NCBI RefSeq assembly: GCF_000025925.1 | Contig: NC_014033.1 | Location: 3,270,001 to 3,302,000, forward strand | DNA: 32,000 bases | Reading direction: 5' to 3' | From: Xylanibacter ruminicola 23 | Lineage (GTDB): Bacteria; Bacteroidota; Bacteroidia; Bacteroidales; Bacteroidaceae | Shown: one piece after another, positions 8,401-18,600 of the stretch | How positions within the stretch are numbered: the stretch's first letter is position 1 | Layout of the letters: every line of letters begins with the position of its first letter | Program-made: the position numbers and the translations under genes | The notes under the pieces: generated by a model | Seen by the model: only the letters and a program-made list of their open reading frames with translations | Database searches by the model: none | What the model was told of the DNA's origin: nothing

Positions 8401-8583
8401 GCTAAACCCTGCTTTTCTAACCAATTCGTCTGTTAGTTCGTAAAAACCACTCTCGGCAACGCTGATTTTTGCCCAGTTACCCTCGCGGAGCACCGAGTGT
8501 TCCGCATACCGCCCTTGTGCCTTGGCCGTGGTGCCTAAGGCTATCAGGAGCAGCACTGAAAGTAACGTGCTGATGGTCTTCAC
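5443..8583 (-). CDS. porU: T9SS C-terminal signal peptidase/sortase PorU (gingipain-like peptidase C25 domain)
   Basis: The 1046-aa product has the signal peptide MKTISTLLSVLLLIALGTTAKA/Q. A C25-type His/Cys pair context is present (NYCGHGAAY and WMTASCDIMPF). Its own CTD-like tail is GLYLCRLTLNDGDSKTVKVLIKH. It sits next to porV. The start codon is GTG (8581-8583). Confidence 0.85.
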   Translation of the reverse strand: MKTISTLLSVLLLIALGTTAKAQGRYAEHSVLREGNWAKISVAESGFYELTDELVRKAGFSDASKVKIYGYGGALQPERLTGDYLTATDDLKELPTCTMNGKRVFYGVGPVNWNNKESLARTRNPYADYGYYFLTESEDEPLTTDSATLVGQHYPANHDYHQLYEVDNYAWYHGGRNLFDKTLYTIGTPQTYKLKGTGSTGRIGIALTADADYEATISVNDSVIATISKKITLDSYTKADEQLWQYDLQNLKAENTISITQTAGGNLRLDYIDLQHAEPAPITIGEPTYVYRITNQDHHADAATDMVIIIPTSQHLLAQAERLKAHHEQHDGLRVTIVPADELYNEFSSGTPDATAYRRYLKMLYDRATTPNDKPRYLLLFGDGAWDNRMLTSEWSGYNPDDYLLCYESENSFSQVNCYVSDDFFCLLDDEEVIQTTNGNSTTYAGKPDVAVGRLPARTPDEAKTLVDKIISYAQNEYAGPWQNEICMMGDDGNDNSHMKTADKVATMIENTYPNYNVDKIYWDAYQRTSSSTGYSYPDVTRLIKQQLQNGALMMNYCGHGAAYAMSHELVMKLTDFESQQSNYLPLWMTASCDIMPFDGQEENIGETVMLNSKGGGIAFFGTTRTVYATYNEVMNLAFTKHVLTPGMAIGEAVRLAKCELVEKSSDLTCNKLQYTLLGDPALQLNTPRQKMVVDSINGMPATQGIKLAAGSIVKITGHVELNNETDTDFNGIVTLSVRDAEETITCRLNDRSSTGADKAFVYQDRTNYLYRGSENVTEGVFHFTFAIPKDISYTDGSGLMTLYAINADKTRSAHGENESFELIGSSTALTDSIGPSVYCYLNSKNFKNGGKVNTTPYFIAELYDDSGINASGSSIGHDLELIIDGDMNQTYNLNNYFEYDFGDYRSGSIGFSIPQLSIGTHKLLFRAWDILNNSTTTELLFEVSEDAGSGEFNVTCTQNPASTNTQFVITHDRPGSELKVTLDVFDLGGRQLWRQTDTVMATNDTVTIDWNLNVAGGSRLHTGLYLCRLTLNDGDSKTVKVLIKH

Positions 8584-8619
8584 TATATGTATTAACGTAA
8601 AGAGCTGTGTTTTATTGCG

Positions 8620-9237
8620 TTACTTGCAATGAAAGTCAAGCACTTTTCGTTCTTCAAGCCAACCTTCCAGGTGGTCGTTAATCTTTACGGGACCCACGCC
8701 AGCGGGTGTGCCGGTGTAGAGTATGTCGCCTGTTTTCAGGGTAAAGAACTGCGATATGTAGGCGATGATCTCATCTATCTTATACAGCATATCGCTGGTG
8801 CAACCCTCCTGAACGGTCTGTCCGTTCATATCCAGATGGAAGTGCAGTGCCTGCAGATCCATGAACTTCTCCTTAGGCACCCACTCGCCGATGGCAGCTG
8901 AACCGTCGAACCCCTTACAGATGGTCCAGGGCTGTCCGGCCTCGCTGGCCTTGCGCTGCAGGTCGCGGGCTGTAAAGTCGATGCCTACGGTCACGGCATC
9001 GTAGTAGCGATGGGCAAAACGCTCAGGGATGTTCTTGCCTAAACGGCAGATACGTACCACCACCTCGGTCTCGTAATCGATACGCCCCAGGTGGTCGGGG
9101 ATAAAGAATGGCTTACCCTGATTCAGTATCGCCGAATCGGCCTTCGTAAATATCACAGGCTCATCAGGGCGCTTCAGCGTCCCATGTAACTCCTGGTTAT
9201 GTGCGGCATAGTTCATGCCAATTGCAAATATCTTCAT
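8620..9237 (-). CDS. Fumarylacetoacetate hydrolase (FAH) family protein
   Basis: The 205-aa product has MKIFAIGMNYAAH..PVIFTK..YETEVVVRI..GKP..DFTARDLQ..W..KGFD..L.TGD.I.TGTPAGVG, which is typical of short FAH-family isomerase/decarboxylase proteins. Confidence 0.85.
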   Translation of the reverse strand: MKIFAIGMNYAAHNQELHGTLKRPDEPVIFTKADSAILNQGKPFFIPDHLGRIDYETEVVVRICRLGKNIPERFAHRYYDAVTVGIDFTARDLQRKASEAGQPWTICKGFDGSAAIGEWVPKEKFMDLQALHFHLDMNGQTVQEGCTSDMLYKIDEIIAYISQFFTLKTGDILYTGTPAGVGPVKINDHLEGWLEERKVLDFHCK

Positions 9238-9245
9238 ATCGGTGG

Positions 9246-9277
9246 CAAAATTACAAATAAGCGAGCGAAATACAAAA
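9246..9277 (-). promoter_or_regulatory. Promoter for the FAH-porU-porV-ispF block: -33 TTTTG, 19-nt spacer, -7 TAatTTTG
   Basis: The minus strand reads atTTTGtatttcgctcgcttatttgTAATTTTGccaccgatATG. The -7 box ends 8 nt before the ATG. Confidence 0.55.
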
Positions 9278-9371
9278 TAAATTGCGTTTTTTTTCTTTCC
9301 AAACGCTAAAGGTACTTTACCCTGATACTAACTTCCCTTTTGTGTTATACTATCAGACAGATAGTATGATA

Positions 9372-9418
9372 CTAAATAAAAGCCGCCGATGAGATCGGGT
9401 GGACGATTCATCGGCGGC
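9372..9418 (-). terminator. Rho-independent terminator of the GH3 / PUL 1 transcript
   Basis: An 11-bp stem GCCGCCGATGA / TCATCGGCGGC (9382-9418) is followed on the minus strand by TTTTATTT. It lies 28 nt after the GH3 stop. Confidence 0.7.
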
Positions 9419-9445
9419 GGGGGAGTTAGAAATTTGATTAGGTTT

Positions 9446-11809
9446 TTATCTCTTCAGGAGGTTGAGCTGGGTTTGGGGAGCCAGCACGTTGTTAACCTTG
9501 GTTTGCTGAGCCTTGACAGTGGCCTTGAGAGTGGCCTTGATGTCGGCTGATGAGGCGCCTACCAGGAACTGGTATTCGCCGGCGGCTACTACCCAGGCTG
9601 AGGCTGATTCGTCGAACGAAGCCAGGTCGGCAGCCTGTACGGTCATCGTTATTGTCTCGCTCTCGCCTGGAGCCAACTGCTTGGTCTTACCATAGGCCTT
9701 GAGCTCCTTGACGGGTTTGTTGGCAGCCTGGTTATCGGGAGCTGAGATGTAGAGTTCAACCACTTCCTTGCCCTCGTGCTTACCGGTGTTCTTAACCGTT
9801 ACGCTCACCTCGTAGGCATCGCCGTTCTCAACAATCTTGGCATCGCTATACGCAAAGGTGGTGTAGCTCAAACCAAAACCGAATGGATAGCTGACGGGCA
9901 CATCGAACGAGTCGAAATAACGATAGCCCACGTAGATATCCTCTTCGTAATCGGTATAATCCACATTCTTCACATTGGCGCTCTTTGAGCCCTGATTGGT
10001 CATGTCGATACGTGGATCCTGATCTACGGGGAAGTTCTTTGAGCTGTAGGCATCGGTAAAGTTAACAGGCCATGTCATGGTGAACTTACCACTTGGCGAC
10101 TGCTTACCGCTGAGCACATCAACTACGCTGTTACCGCCTTCCTGACCAGCCTGCCAAGCGCACAGGATGGCATCGGGCAACTGATTCCATGAGGCTGTCT
10201 CGATGACGCCACCGATATTGAGCAGTACTACTACCTGCTTACCAGCCTTGTGGTAAACGTCGCATACCTGGGTGATGAGCTGGCGCTCAGAGTCGCTCAA
10301 GTTGAAGTCGGCAGCCTTGCGGTCCATGAACTCACCAGAGATACGGCCCAAGGTGATAACAGCGATATCCGAAGCGGCAGCCTGCTTGGTCAGCTCGTCG
10401 GCGCTGAACTGCTTTTCGGCAGGCAATGGTCGGGGCATGAAGCGCATCAGCATGGCGTTCTTGGGATCTTTCTTGGCAGCAGCTGCAATCTCTGCCTCTA
10501 CCTTTGCCTTGCACTCGGCAGCGTAGGCGGCATAGGCGTTCTTCAACTCGTCCGAAACGGTGTAACCACCATTCTTCAGACCGTCGAGCAGCGACACCAC
10601 ATAAGCGTGGTTCACATTACCCGAACCAGTACCACCGGCAATAAAATCGTAAGAGGTGTTACCATACAGAGCTACATTCTTTACCGTCTTGGCAAAAGGC
10701 AGGGCGCCTCCATTTTTCATCAGCACCATACCCTCGGCTGCGCTCTGACGGGTGACAGCAGCATGTGCTTTGAGGTCAGGCTTGTTTGAATACTTATAAC
10801 CCTGATAGCGGGGGCTCTTCTCAACCAGGTTCAGAATGCGCTTGACGCTGCGGTCGAGGTCGGCCTCGCTCAGCTTGCCGCTCTTTACACCTGCTACGAT
10901 GCTGTCGAACTGCTCGGCCTTACCAGGCTGCAGCATGTCGTTGCCGGCCCACATCTGCTTGGCACCATCCTTGCCGCCAAACCAGTCGGTCATCACCGTA
11001 CCCTCGTAGCCCCACTCATCACGCAGAATAGTGGTTACCAGGTCCTTGCTCTCTGAGGTGTAAACGCCATTGATATAATTATAAGAGGTCATCACCGTCC
11101 AAGGCTTGCTCTCCTTGATGGCAATCTCGAAGCCTTTCAGGTAGATTTCGCGCAGGGCACGCTGAGAGATATGGGCATCGTTGTTCATGCGATTGGTTTC
11201 CTGATTGTTGGCCGCAAAGTGCTTGATGCTGGTACCCACATCGTTCTTCTGCACACCGGTGATATAGGCAGCAGCAGTCTTACCAGCCACCACGGGATCT
11301 TCAGAGTAGTACTCGAAGTTACGACCGCACAGTGGGTTACGCATGATGTTCAGGGCAGGCGCCAGCAGCACGTCGGCACCATATTCCTTAACCTCCTCGC
11401 CGATGGCTTGTCCCACCTGCTCGATGAGCTGGGTGTTCCAGGTCGAGGCCAGCAGGGTTCCGATGGGGAAGTGGGTGCAGTAGTAGGTGGCTGAATCGCC
11501 ATCACGCTTGGCATCGATACGCAGTCCGGCAGGACCGTCGGCCAATACCACAGCGGGAATGCCTAATGAGTCGAGAGGGTAGGTAGTACCGGCGGCACCA
11601 GGTACTAAGCTACGGGTAGCGCCAATCACAGCATCGTTGCCCGAGAAGCCTGCCATACCAGTACCAATCACGAAGTGTGCCTTGTCCTCAAGTGAGAGTT
11701 TCGACATCACCTCGTCCTGATTGATGGTGTTCTTAGGACTCTGCTTGTCAGCAGTAGCGCAGCCAGCTGCCAATGCTGCAGCAGCTAAAAATAATACAGA
11801 TTTCTTCAT
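9446..11809 (-). CDS. Glycoside hydrolase family 3 (beta-glucosidase/beta-xylosidase-like) lipoprotein with a C-terminal Fn3-like domain
   Basis: The 787-aa product has the lipoprotein signal LAAAALAAGC. GH3 hallmarks are present: GRNFEYYSEDP, the KHFAANNQE motif and the nucleophile context VMTDWFGG. The Fn3-like tail is VTVKNTGKHEGKEVVELYI. Confidence 0.9.
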   Translation of the reverse strand: MKKSVLFLAAAALAAGCATADKQSPKNTINQDEVMSKLSLEDKAHFVIGTGMAGFSGNDAVIGATRSLVPGAAGTTYPLDSLGIPAVVLADGPAGLRIDAKRDGDSATYYCTHFPIGTLLASTWNTQLIEQVGQAIGEEVKEYGADVLLAPALNIMRNPLCGRNFEYYSEDPVVAGKTAAAYITGVQKNDVGTSIKHFAANNQETNRMNNDAHISQRALREIYLKGFEIAIKESKPWTVMTSYNYINGVYTSESKDLVTTILRDEWGYEGTVMTDWFGGKDGAKQMWAGNDMLQPGKAEQFDSIVAGVKSGKLSEADLDRSVKRILNLVEKSPRYQGYKYSNKPDLKAHAAVTRQSAAEGMVLMKNGGALPFAKTVKNVALYGNTSYDFIAGGTGSGNVNHAYVVSLLDGLKNGGYTVSDELKNAYAAYAAECKAKVEAEIAAAAKKDPKNAMLMRFMPRPLPAEKQFSADELTKQAAASDIAVITLGRISGEFMDRKAADFNLSDSERQLITQVCDVYHKAGKQVVVLLNIGGVIETASWNQLPDAILCAWQAGQEGGNSVVDVLSGKQSPSGKFTMTWPVNFTDAYSSKNFPVDQDPRIDMTNQGSKSANVKNVDYTDYEEDIYVGYRYFDSFDVPVSYPFGFGLSYTTFAYSDAKIVENGDAYEVSVTVKNTGKHEGKEVVELYISAPDNQAANKPVKELKAYGKTKQLAPGESETITMTVQAADLASFDESASAWVVAAGEYQFLVGASSADIKATLKATVKAQQTKVNNVLAPQTQLNLLKR

Positions 11810-11812
11810 AGA

Positions 11813-13042
<1,230 letters not shown>

Positions 13043-13088
13043 CTACAAGACATAAGGACTTTTTTCCTATAAATCCTGTTGTCCGCTG

Positions 13089-13096
13089 CAAATATA
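13089..13096 (-). promoter_or_regulatory. Possible internal -7 box (TAtaTTTG) upstream of the esterase gene
   Basis: The minus strand reads tcgTATATTTGcagcggac, in the 89-bp gap between the lipoprotein stop and the esterase start. Confidence 0.4.
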
Positions 13097-13107
13097 CGAA
13101 ATTTTTC

Positions 13108-14022
13108 TTACTTTACTAACGAAATGAACATAAAATTGAAAGCACCGCTACCGGTAGTACCTGCAGCATCGATGGTTTCGAGACCTGTACCCTTGAACGA
13201 GTAGAGGGTTTCGCCCTCGGCGCTCTTGGCGGTGGTTATCTCAACGCTACCACCGGTCAGATACTGCATTGTGCCGCCATTATCCAGATAGCTGGTGCCG
13301 CCTGCCATTCCGTAATCGGGTATTGAGTAGCCAGCGCTTATCTGCATGGCATCATGCGCATCGCCAACGATGGTATAGGTGCCAGCCAGGTCGGCTGCCT
13401 GCTTGCTGTTGCCATTGATGGCATCGAACAGGGCTACCTGCTGACCGTTAGGATCTTTGACGGTAATGGTATATTTGGTAACGTCGGGATAAACGGTGTT
13501 CTGGAAGGTGGTCCAGTCCATGATGGCAACCTCGCTCGTTGCGATGGTCATGGTATAGCCGCTGGGCTCAGGATCATCCTCGCCAACGATGAAGGTCAGC
13601 TCACCCTTGAAGTAAGGCTTGTACTGCTTGCCGTCGCTGGTCTTCACCAGTCCGCTGATAAAGTAGCAACCGTTCACGGCGCTCACGTCGATGCTACCCT
13701 CGCTGATGGTTGCGCCATTGATGCTACCAGCGTAGGTGCCACCTGTAGTGAGGGTGGCTACAGGCTGATAGGTACCCTCGTTAAGAATCCACTCCTTGCT
13801 GCCAAAGCTGAGGCTGAGGCTGTTGCCTGCAGCATCGGTAAACTGTGTGTTCAGCGCCTTAATGCCCTTACCCAACTTGGTGGTAGGCTGTACGCTGCCG
13901 TTATTGAAGGTGCAGAAGGTGATGTTGCTGAATTCACCGTTCAAGTCTTCGATTGATTTATTGTCGCAAACCGTAAAGCCAATCACAGCCAACAACATGA
14001 TGATATATCTAAACTTTTTCAT
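13108..14022 (-). CDS. Uncharacterised PUL-encoded surface lipoprotein, a candidate SusE/F-like glycan-binding protein
   Basis: The ATG is at 14020-14022 (MKKFRYIIMLLAVIGFTVC/DNKS lipobox). The ORF-track start at 14031 is a TTG. Its position directly after susD-like is the usual slot for surface glycan-binding proteins. I recognise no catalytic motif. Confidence 0.6.
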   Translation of the reverse strand: MKKFRYIIMLLAVIGFTVCDNKSIEDLNGEFSNITFCTFNNGSVQPTTKLGKGIKALNTQFTDAAGNSLSLSFGSKEWILNEGTYQPVATLTTGGTYAGSINGATISEGSIDVSAVNGCYFISGLVKTSDGKQYKPYFKGELTFIVGEDDPEPSGYTMTIATSEVAIMDWTTFQNTVYPDVTKYTITVKDPNGQQVALFDAINGNSKQAADLAGTYTIVGDAHDAMQISAGYSIPDYGMAGGTSYLDNGGTMQYLTGGSVEITTAKSAEGETLYSFKGTGLETIDAAGTTGSGAFNFMFISLVK

Positions 14023-14032
14023 AATTATCAAT

Positions 14033-14064
14033 TTTTACATTTTCTCATTCTTACATTTTTACAT
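14033..14064. repeat. Tandem octamer repeat x4 in the susD-lipoprotein spacer (sense strand ATGTAAAA ATGTAAGA ATGAGAAA ATGTAAAA)
   Basis: The plus-strand units are ttttacat (14033), tttctcat (14041), tcttacat (14049) and ttttacat (14057). Confidence 0.85.
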
Positions 14065-14071
14065 TGTAGAA

Positions 14072-15658
14072 TTACCATCCCGTGTTCTGAGTCATATTGG
14101 GGTTGAGTTCGATTTCCTTCAGAGGGATTGGCAGTAGGTTGTGCTTCTCCTGGAAACCATACTTATCGTTCTTGAAGAGCCACTGTACACCCTCGGTACC
14201 GAAGGCTGGTATCTCCTTACCCTGCTGACCCAGTGCCGAAGCTGCATCGCCCCAGCGAACCAGGTCCTGGAAACGTACGCTCTCGTTGCAGAGCTCCAGG
14301 CGCTTCTCGGTCTTGATGTCGTTCAGCGTTACGCTGGTCAGCGGTGTCTCCTTGGCACGTACACGAATCTGATTGATGTAGTCGAGTGCCTTACTGCTGT
14401 TGCCTGCCTGCAGCTGAGCCTCGGCGGCCAACAGCAGCACCTCGGCGTAGCGCATAATCTTCAGATTGGTGAACTGAACGCCCTGGAAGAATGACTGATC
14501 GACAACACAGTCCTCCTTCAGCGACTGGTTCTTCCACATAAAGTAACCCTCGCAGCCATATACCAAGGCGCCCGTCTGGATGCTAACGCCAAAGTTCTTC
14601 AGCTGCTCGTAGGTCATCATGGTCTTGTTCAGACGGTAGCCGTTGGCACCTTCCCAAGCCACGAACGCATCGTAGAGCGACTTGCGTGGGTTCATGAATC
14701 CGTAGGTACCCTGGGCAATCACGTTAGCAGCCTGTCCGCTGTAGTTCATCTTGTCGGTACGCCAGCCCTGCATCAACAGGTACATATCAAACTGGTTCCA
14801 CATCTGCTCGGTATCGTTACGCTTCTGCAGTTCGAATACCGACTCGCAGTTGTTGTTGGCTGCAGCATGGAACTGCGCATCGTACTCACCCTGATAGAGT
14901 GCATATTTGCCCGAGTTGATCACATTGTCGAGCATGGCGGCAGCCTCGCTGTTCTTACCTTCGAAGAGATAAGCCTTGCCTAAGAAAGCCTGAGCCGTCT
15001 CCTTGGTGATGCGGATGCCTCCCTCGGCATCGTTCACGTCGCTCTTCGAGGGAAGGGTTCCACTGTTGATGGCCTCGTTCAGGTCGTTCTCGATGAGTGC
15101 CCACATCTCGGCAGGATCGCTGTTGCCTAAGCGATACTCACCTGGTTCCAACAGGTGGTCCACAACAGGAGCTGTGCCAAACAGGGTTACCAGTTCGAAC
15201 GAAGCCCATGCACGGAACACCTTAGCCTCGTTGATGGCGCGTTTCATAATAGAGGTTTCTCCCTGTGTCTTGTCGATAATCAGGTTGGCTTTATAGATGA
15301 CGCCATAGAGACCCGAGTAGAGGCTCTGGATCATGCCATGATCGGTGCCGAAGGTGTATTCGTTGAGTTTCTCCATTTCGGCGTTGTCGCCACGCGAACC
15401 GCCACCTGTCCAGACATCGTCAGACAGACAGTTCTTGGTCATAAACCAATTGTAATGTAGGCTACGCATCTGCAGATAGAGCGAAGAGGTGGCCTGCATG
15501 GTGTTCTCGTCGTTGGTGTAGAAGTCTTCCATGCTTCCCAGGTTGCCGTGCTTGGCAATGTCGAGCTCGCTGTCGCAGCTCACTACGAGGAAAGAGGAAA
15601 GAGGAAGGAGGAAGGAGAATACTCCTGCTACAACCATTTTATATATATTCTTTTTCAT
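14072..15658 (-). CDS. SusD/RagB-family nutrient-binding outer-membrane lipoprotein
   Basis: The 528-aa product has the lipobox LVVSC followed by DSELD, an acidic lipoprotein export signal. It has TPR-like SusD features and a C-terminal ...ELNPNMTQNTGW. It lies immediately downstream of susC-like. Confidence 0.9.
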   Translation of the reverse strand: MKKNIYKMVVAGVFSFLLPLSSFLVVSCDSELDIAKHGNLGSMEDFYTNDENTMQATSSLYLQMRSLHYNWFMTKNCLSDDVWTGGGSRGDNAEMEKLNEYTFGTDHGMIQSLYSGLYGVIYKANLIIDKTQGETSIMKRAINEAKVFRAWASFELVTLFGTAPVVDHLLEPGEYRLGNSDPAEMWALIENDLNEAINSGTLPSKSDVNDAEGGIRITKETAQAFLGKAYLFEGKNSEAAAMLDNVINSGKYALYQGEYDAQFHAAANNNCESVFELQKRNDTEQMWNQFDMYLLMQGWRTDKMNYSGQAANVIAQGTYGFMNPRKSLYDAFVAWEGANGYRLNKTMMTYEQLKNFGVSIQTGALVYGCEGYFMWKNQSLKEDCVVDQSFFQGVQFTNLKIMRYAEVLLLAAEAQLQAGNSSKALDYINQIRVRAKETPLTSVTLNDIKTEKRLELCNESVRFQDLVRWGDAASALGQQGKEIPAFGTEGVQWLFKNDKYGFQEKHNLLPIPLKEIELNPNMTQNTGW

Positions 15659-15662
15659 AATG

Positions 15663-15694
15663 ATTTCAATTTTTCAATTCTTTAATTCTTTAAC
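15663..15694. repeat. Tandem octamer repeat x4 in the susC-susD spacer (sense strand GTTAAAGA ATTAAAGA ATTGAAAA ATTGAAAT)
   Basis: The plus-strand units are atttcaat, ttttcaat, tctttaat and tctttaac. Confidence 0.8.
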
Positions 15695-15698
15695 TCTC

Positions 15699-18600
15699 TT
15701 AGAACTCAATGTTCAGTCCCAGTACCACTTTCTTCGAGGTGGGGTAGCCACCCTTGTCGATACCCATACCCGAGGTAGAGTTGGTAGCAGCCTCTGGATC
15801 GAAGCCTGGATACTTAGAGAAGGTGAAGAAGTCGTCGAGCGAAGCGTAGATACGGGCATGGCTCAAAGCTACTTTGTTGATGAGGTTCTTAGGCAGGGTG
15901 TAACCCAGCTGAATCTGCTTGATCTTGAAGAAACTGCCGTCGTAAACCAGCGCACTTGATGTGGCATACTTATCCATGTCGTTAGCGCCAGCACGGGGGA
16001 CGGTGCCGTTAGGATTATCTACCGTCCAACGGTTGTCGTAGAACACTTCCTTCAAACGGTTCGAAGCAGCGTAGTCGGGACGGTTGATACAGTTGAAAAT
16101 CTTGTTGCCGTGCGAACCGGTTCCGAATACGGTCAGGTCGATGCCCTTATAGGCCGCTGTGAGGGTGAGACCATAGGTGAAGTCGGGGATGGCATCGCCG
16201 ATGTAGGTCAGGTCGCCATCCGATACTTTTCCGTCGCCATCCAGATCCTCGAACAATGGGTTACCTGTTTCCTTGTCGATGCCGGCAAACTTGTAGCCGC
16301 GGAAGTAGTAAACGGGATAGCCCTTCTCGAAATAGGTGATGGTGTAAGTGTGGAAGTTGCTACCGCTCAGGCGGGTGATAGAAGGATCGATATAGGTCAC
16401 CTTATTGCTCAGGGTGGAGAGGTTGGCACGGATGCTGTAGTTGAAGTCGCCGATATGGTCGCGCCAGCCCAGCTCAAACTCAAAGCCCTTGTTTTCTACG
16501 TTACCAGCATTCATAGGCGAGGTGCTGCCACCGATGATAAGCGATGGTGTGGTACCCCATACCAGCAGGTCCTTAGTCTTCTTGATAAAGTAGTCGATGC
16601 CGAAGGTCATGCGACCGCCCATCAGGATACCGTCGAAACCAAAATTCAACTGCTCTGAAGTCTCCCACTTCAGGTCGTCGTTACCCATGGTTGATGGGGC
16701 TGCGGCCTGGGTGTAGTTGATACCTGAAGAGAATGGATAGAGTCCGCCCAGTGCCATATCGGTGCTGTAGCTGTAGCCACCCAATGCCGAGAGACTACCG
16801 TTCTGACCCCAGCTGGCACGGAACTTCAAGCTATCGAAAGCTTTTTTCAGTGGTGCAAAGAACTTCTCCTCGCTGATGGTCCAACCTACTGATACGGCAG
16901 GGAAGTAACCCCAACGGGTTTTCTTTGAGAGCTTCGACAAGTCGGCAGCATCTGCACGCAGCGAAGCCTGCAGCAGATAACGACCCATGAAATCGTAAGA
17001 CAGGCGACCGAAGTAGGAGTATTTGGTACTCTCGTTGGTTTCGCCGCTCACACCCTTGGTGGCTGATGCGTTGGCATAGTTCAGATAGTAGAACAATGGG
17101 TCGTTCTTCTTCAAGGCATCTTCGCCATTGGCTGTCAGCGAACCGTTCACATTGTCGCTTGATGACTTCTGGAACGACATACCTACCATGGCTGTAACGG
17201 TATGACCACCAAACTGTTTCATATAGTTGGCAAAGTTCTCCCACTGATAGTAGATAGAGGTAGAAGAGCCTGCGCTGAAGTCGAGGTAGTCGCGACTCTG
17301 TACGCCGTTACCATAGAATGGCAGACTGGTGCTGCTGCTACGTGTACCAGCCAGGCGATAACCGAAACGAGAGGTAACAGTGAGGCCTTTTAATGGTGTG
17401 AAATCGCCATAGATAGAACCGTTGATATTGAATCCCTGGTTCTTCGACAGACCGTTGTCGCGCATAATCATGGGATGATACTGCTCGCCGGCATAGAACT
17501 TAGATACGGCATAGTAGTTGCCATTCTCGTCCTGCAACAGCTGCTTGCCGTTGGCCTGGGCATTTACCATCTGGTAAGGCAGGTTCTCGGCGGTGTAGGT
17601 GTCGGGAGTCAGTGGGTCGAGCATCAGGATAGATGTCAGTAGCGAGCCGTACTCGCTGTTGGTAGATACCGAGCGTACGTCGTATTTCTCAATCTGGTTG
17701 GTAGTACCTACCTTCAACCAGTCTTTTATCTTATATTCGGCGTTGATGGTGGCTGTGAGTCGTTTGTACACATCAGCGTCGCCTTTAACGATACCATTAT
17801 TATTAAGGTACGCGAGCGAGAGGAAATAGTTGCCACGGTCGTTACCACCGGTAAACGAGAGGGCGTGCTTCTGCATGTGACCATGATTGAAAGCCACATC
17901 AGTCCAAGCTGTGTTGGTCACACCGTCCCAGTTCTTCAGCATATAGTCCTTCGTAAAAATGTTTCCCTCGTCCATATACTGGATATACTGCTCGGCGTTC
18001 AGCATCTTGGGGATGCGGGCCAGACTTTCGTCGGTAAACATAAAGTCGTAGGTAATCTTACCCTGTCCAGGCTTACCTTTCTTAGTGGTGATAAGAACAA
18101 CTCCGTTACCGGCCTCGGCTCCGTAGATAGCGGCCGAGGCTGCATCCTTCAGGATTTCCATCGAGGCGATGGTGCTGGGGTCGATACCACTGATATCACT
18201 CAGGCGCACACCATCAACAACGAACAGGGGCTCTGAGCTTGAATTAGAGGAATAACCGCGTACGCGAATGGTTGGTGATGAACCAGGAGCAGCGCTCGAC
18301 TGGATAATCTGTACACCCGAGGTCTTACCCTGCAGGGCTTGTTGAGCGTTGGCGATGGTGCGGTTTTCCATATCCTCGGGCTTTACCTGAGAGATGGCAC
18401 CTGTTACACTACTCTTCTTCTGTACACCATAACCAACAACAACGACTTCGTCGAGTACCTTGTTGTCGGGTTTCAGGTTGATAGTCATGCCGTTCTTAGC
18501 GGCACCTTCAAAGGTTTGATAGCCGATGTAGGTCACCGTGAGGGTATGACCTGCTTGAATGTTTACCACGAAGTTACCATCAAAATCGGTGATGGTGGCA

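Noticed and set aside
9284-9310. GCGTTT-N11-AAACGC hairpin as a second terminator downstream of the GH3 gene, and the small dyad TATACTATC-agaca-GATAGTATG at about 9338-9360.
   Set aside because: The stems are short (6-8 bp), AT-rich and weakly followed by U residues. They are indistinguishable from chance in a 200-bp AT-rich spacer.
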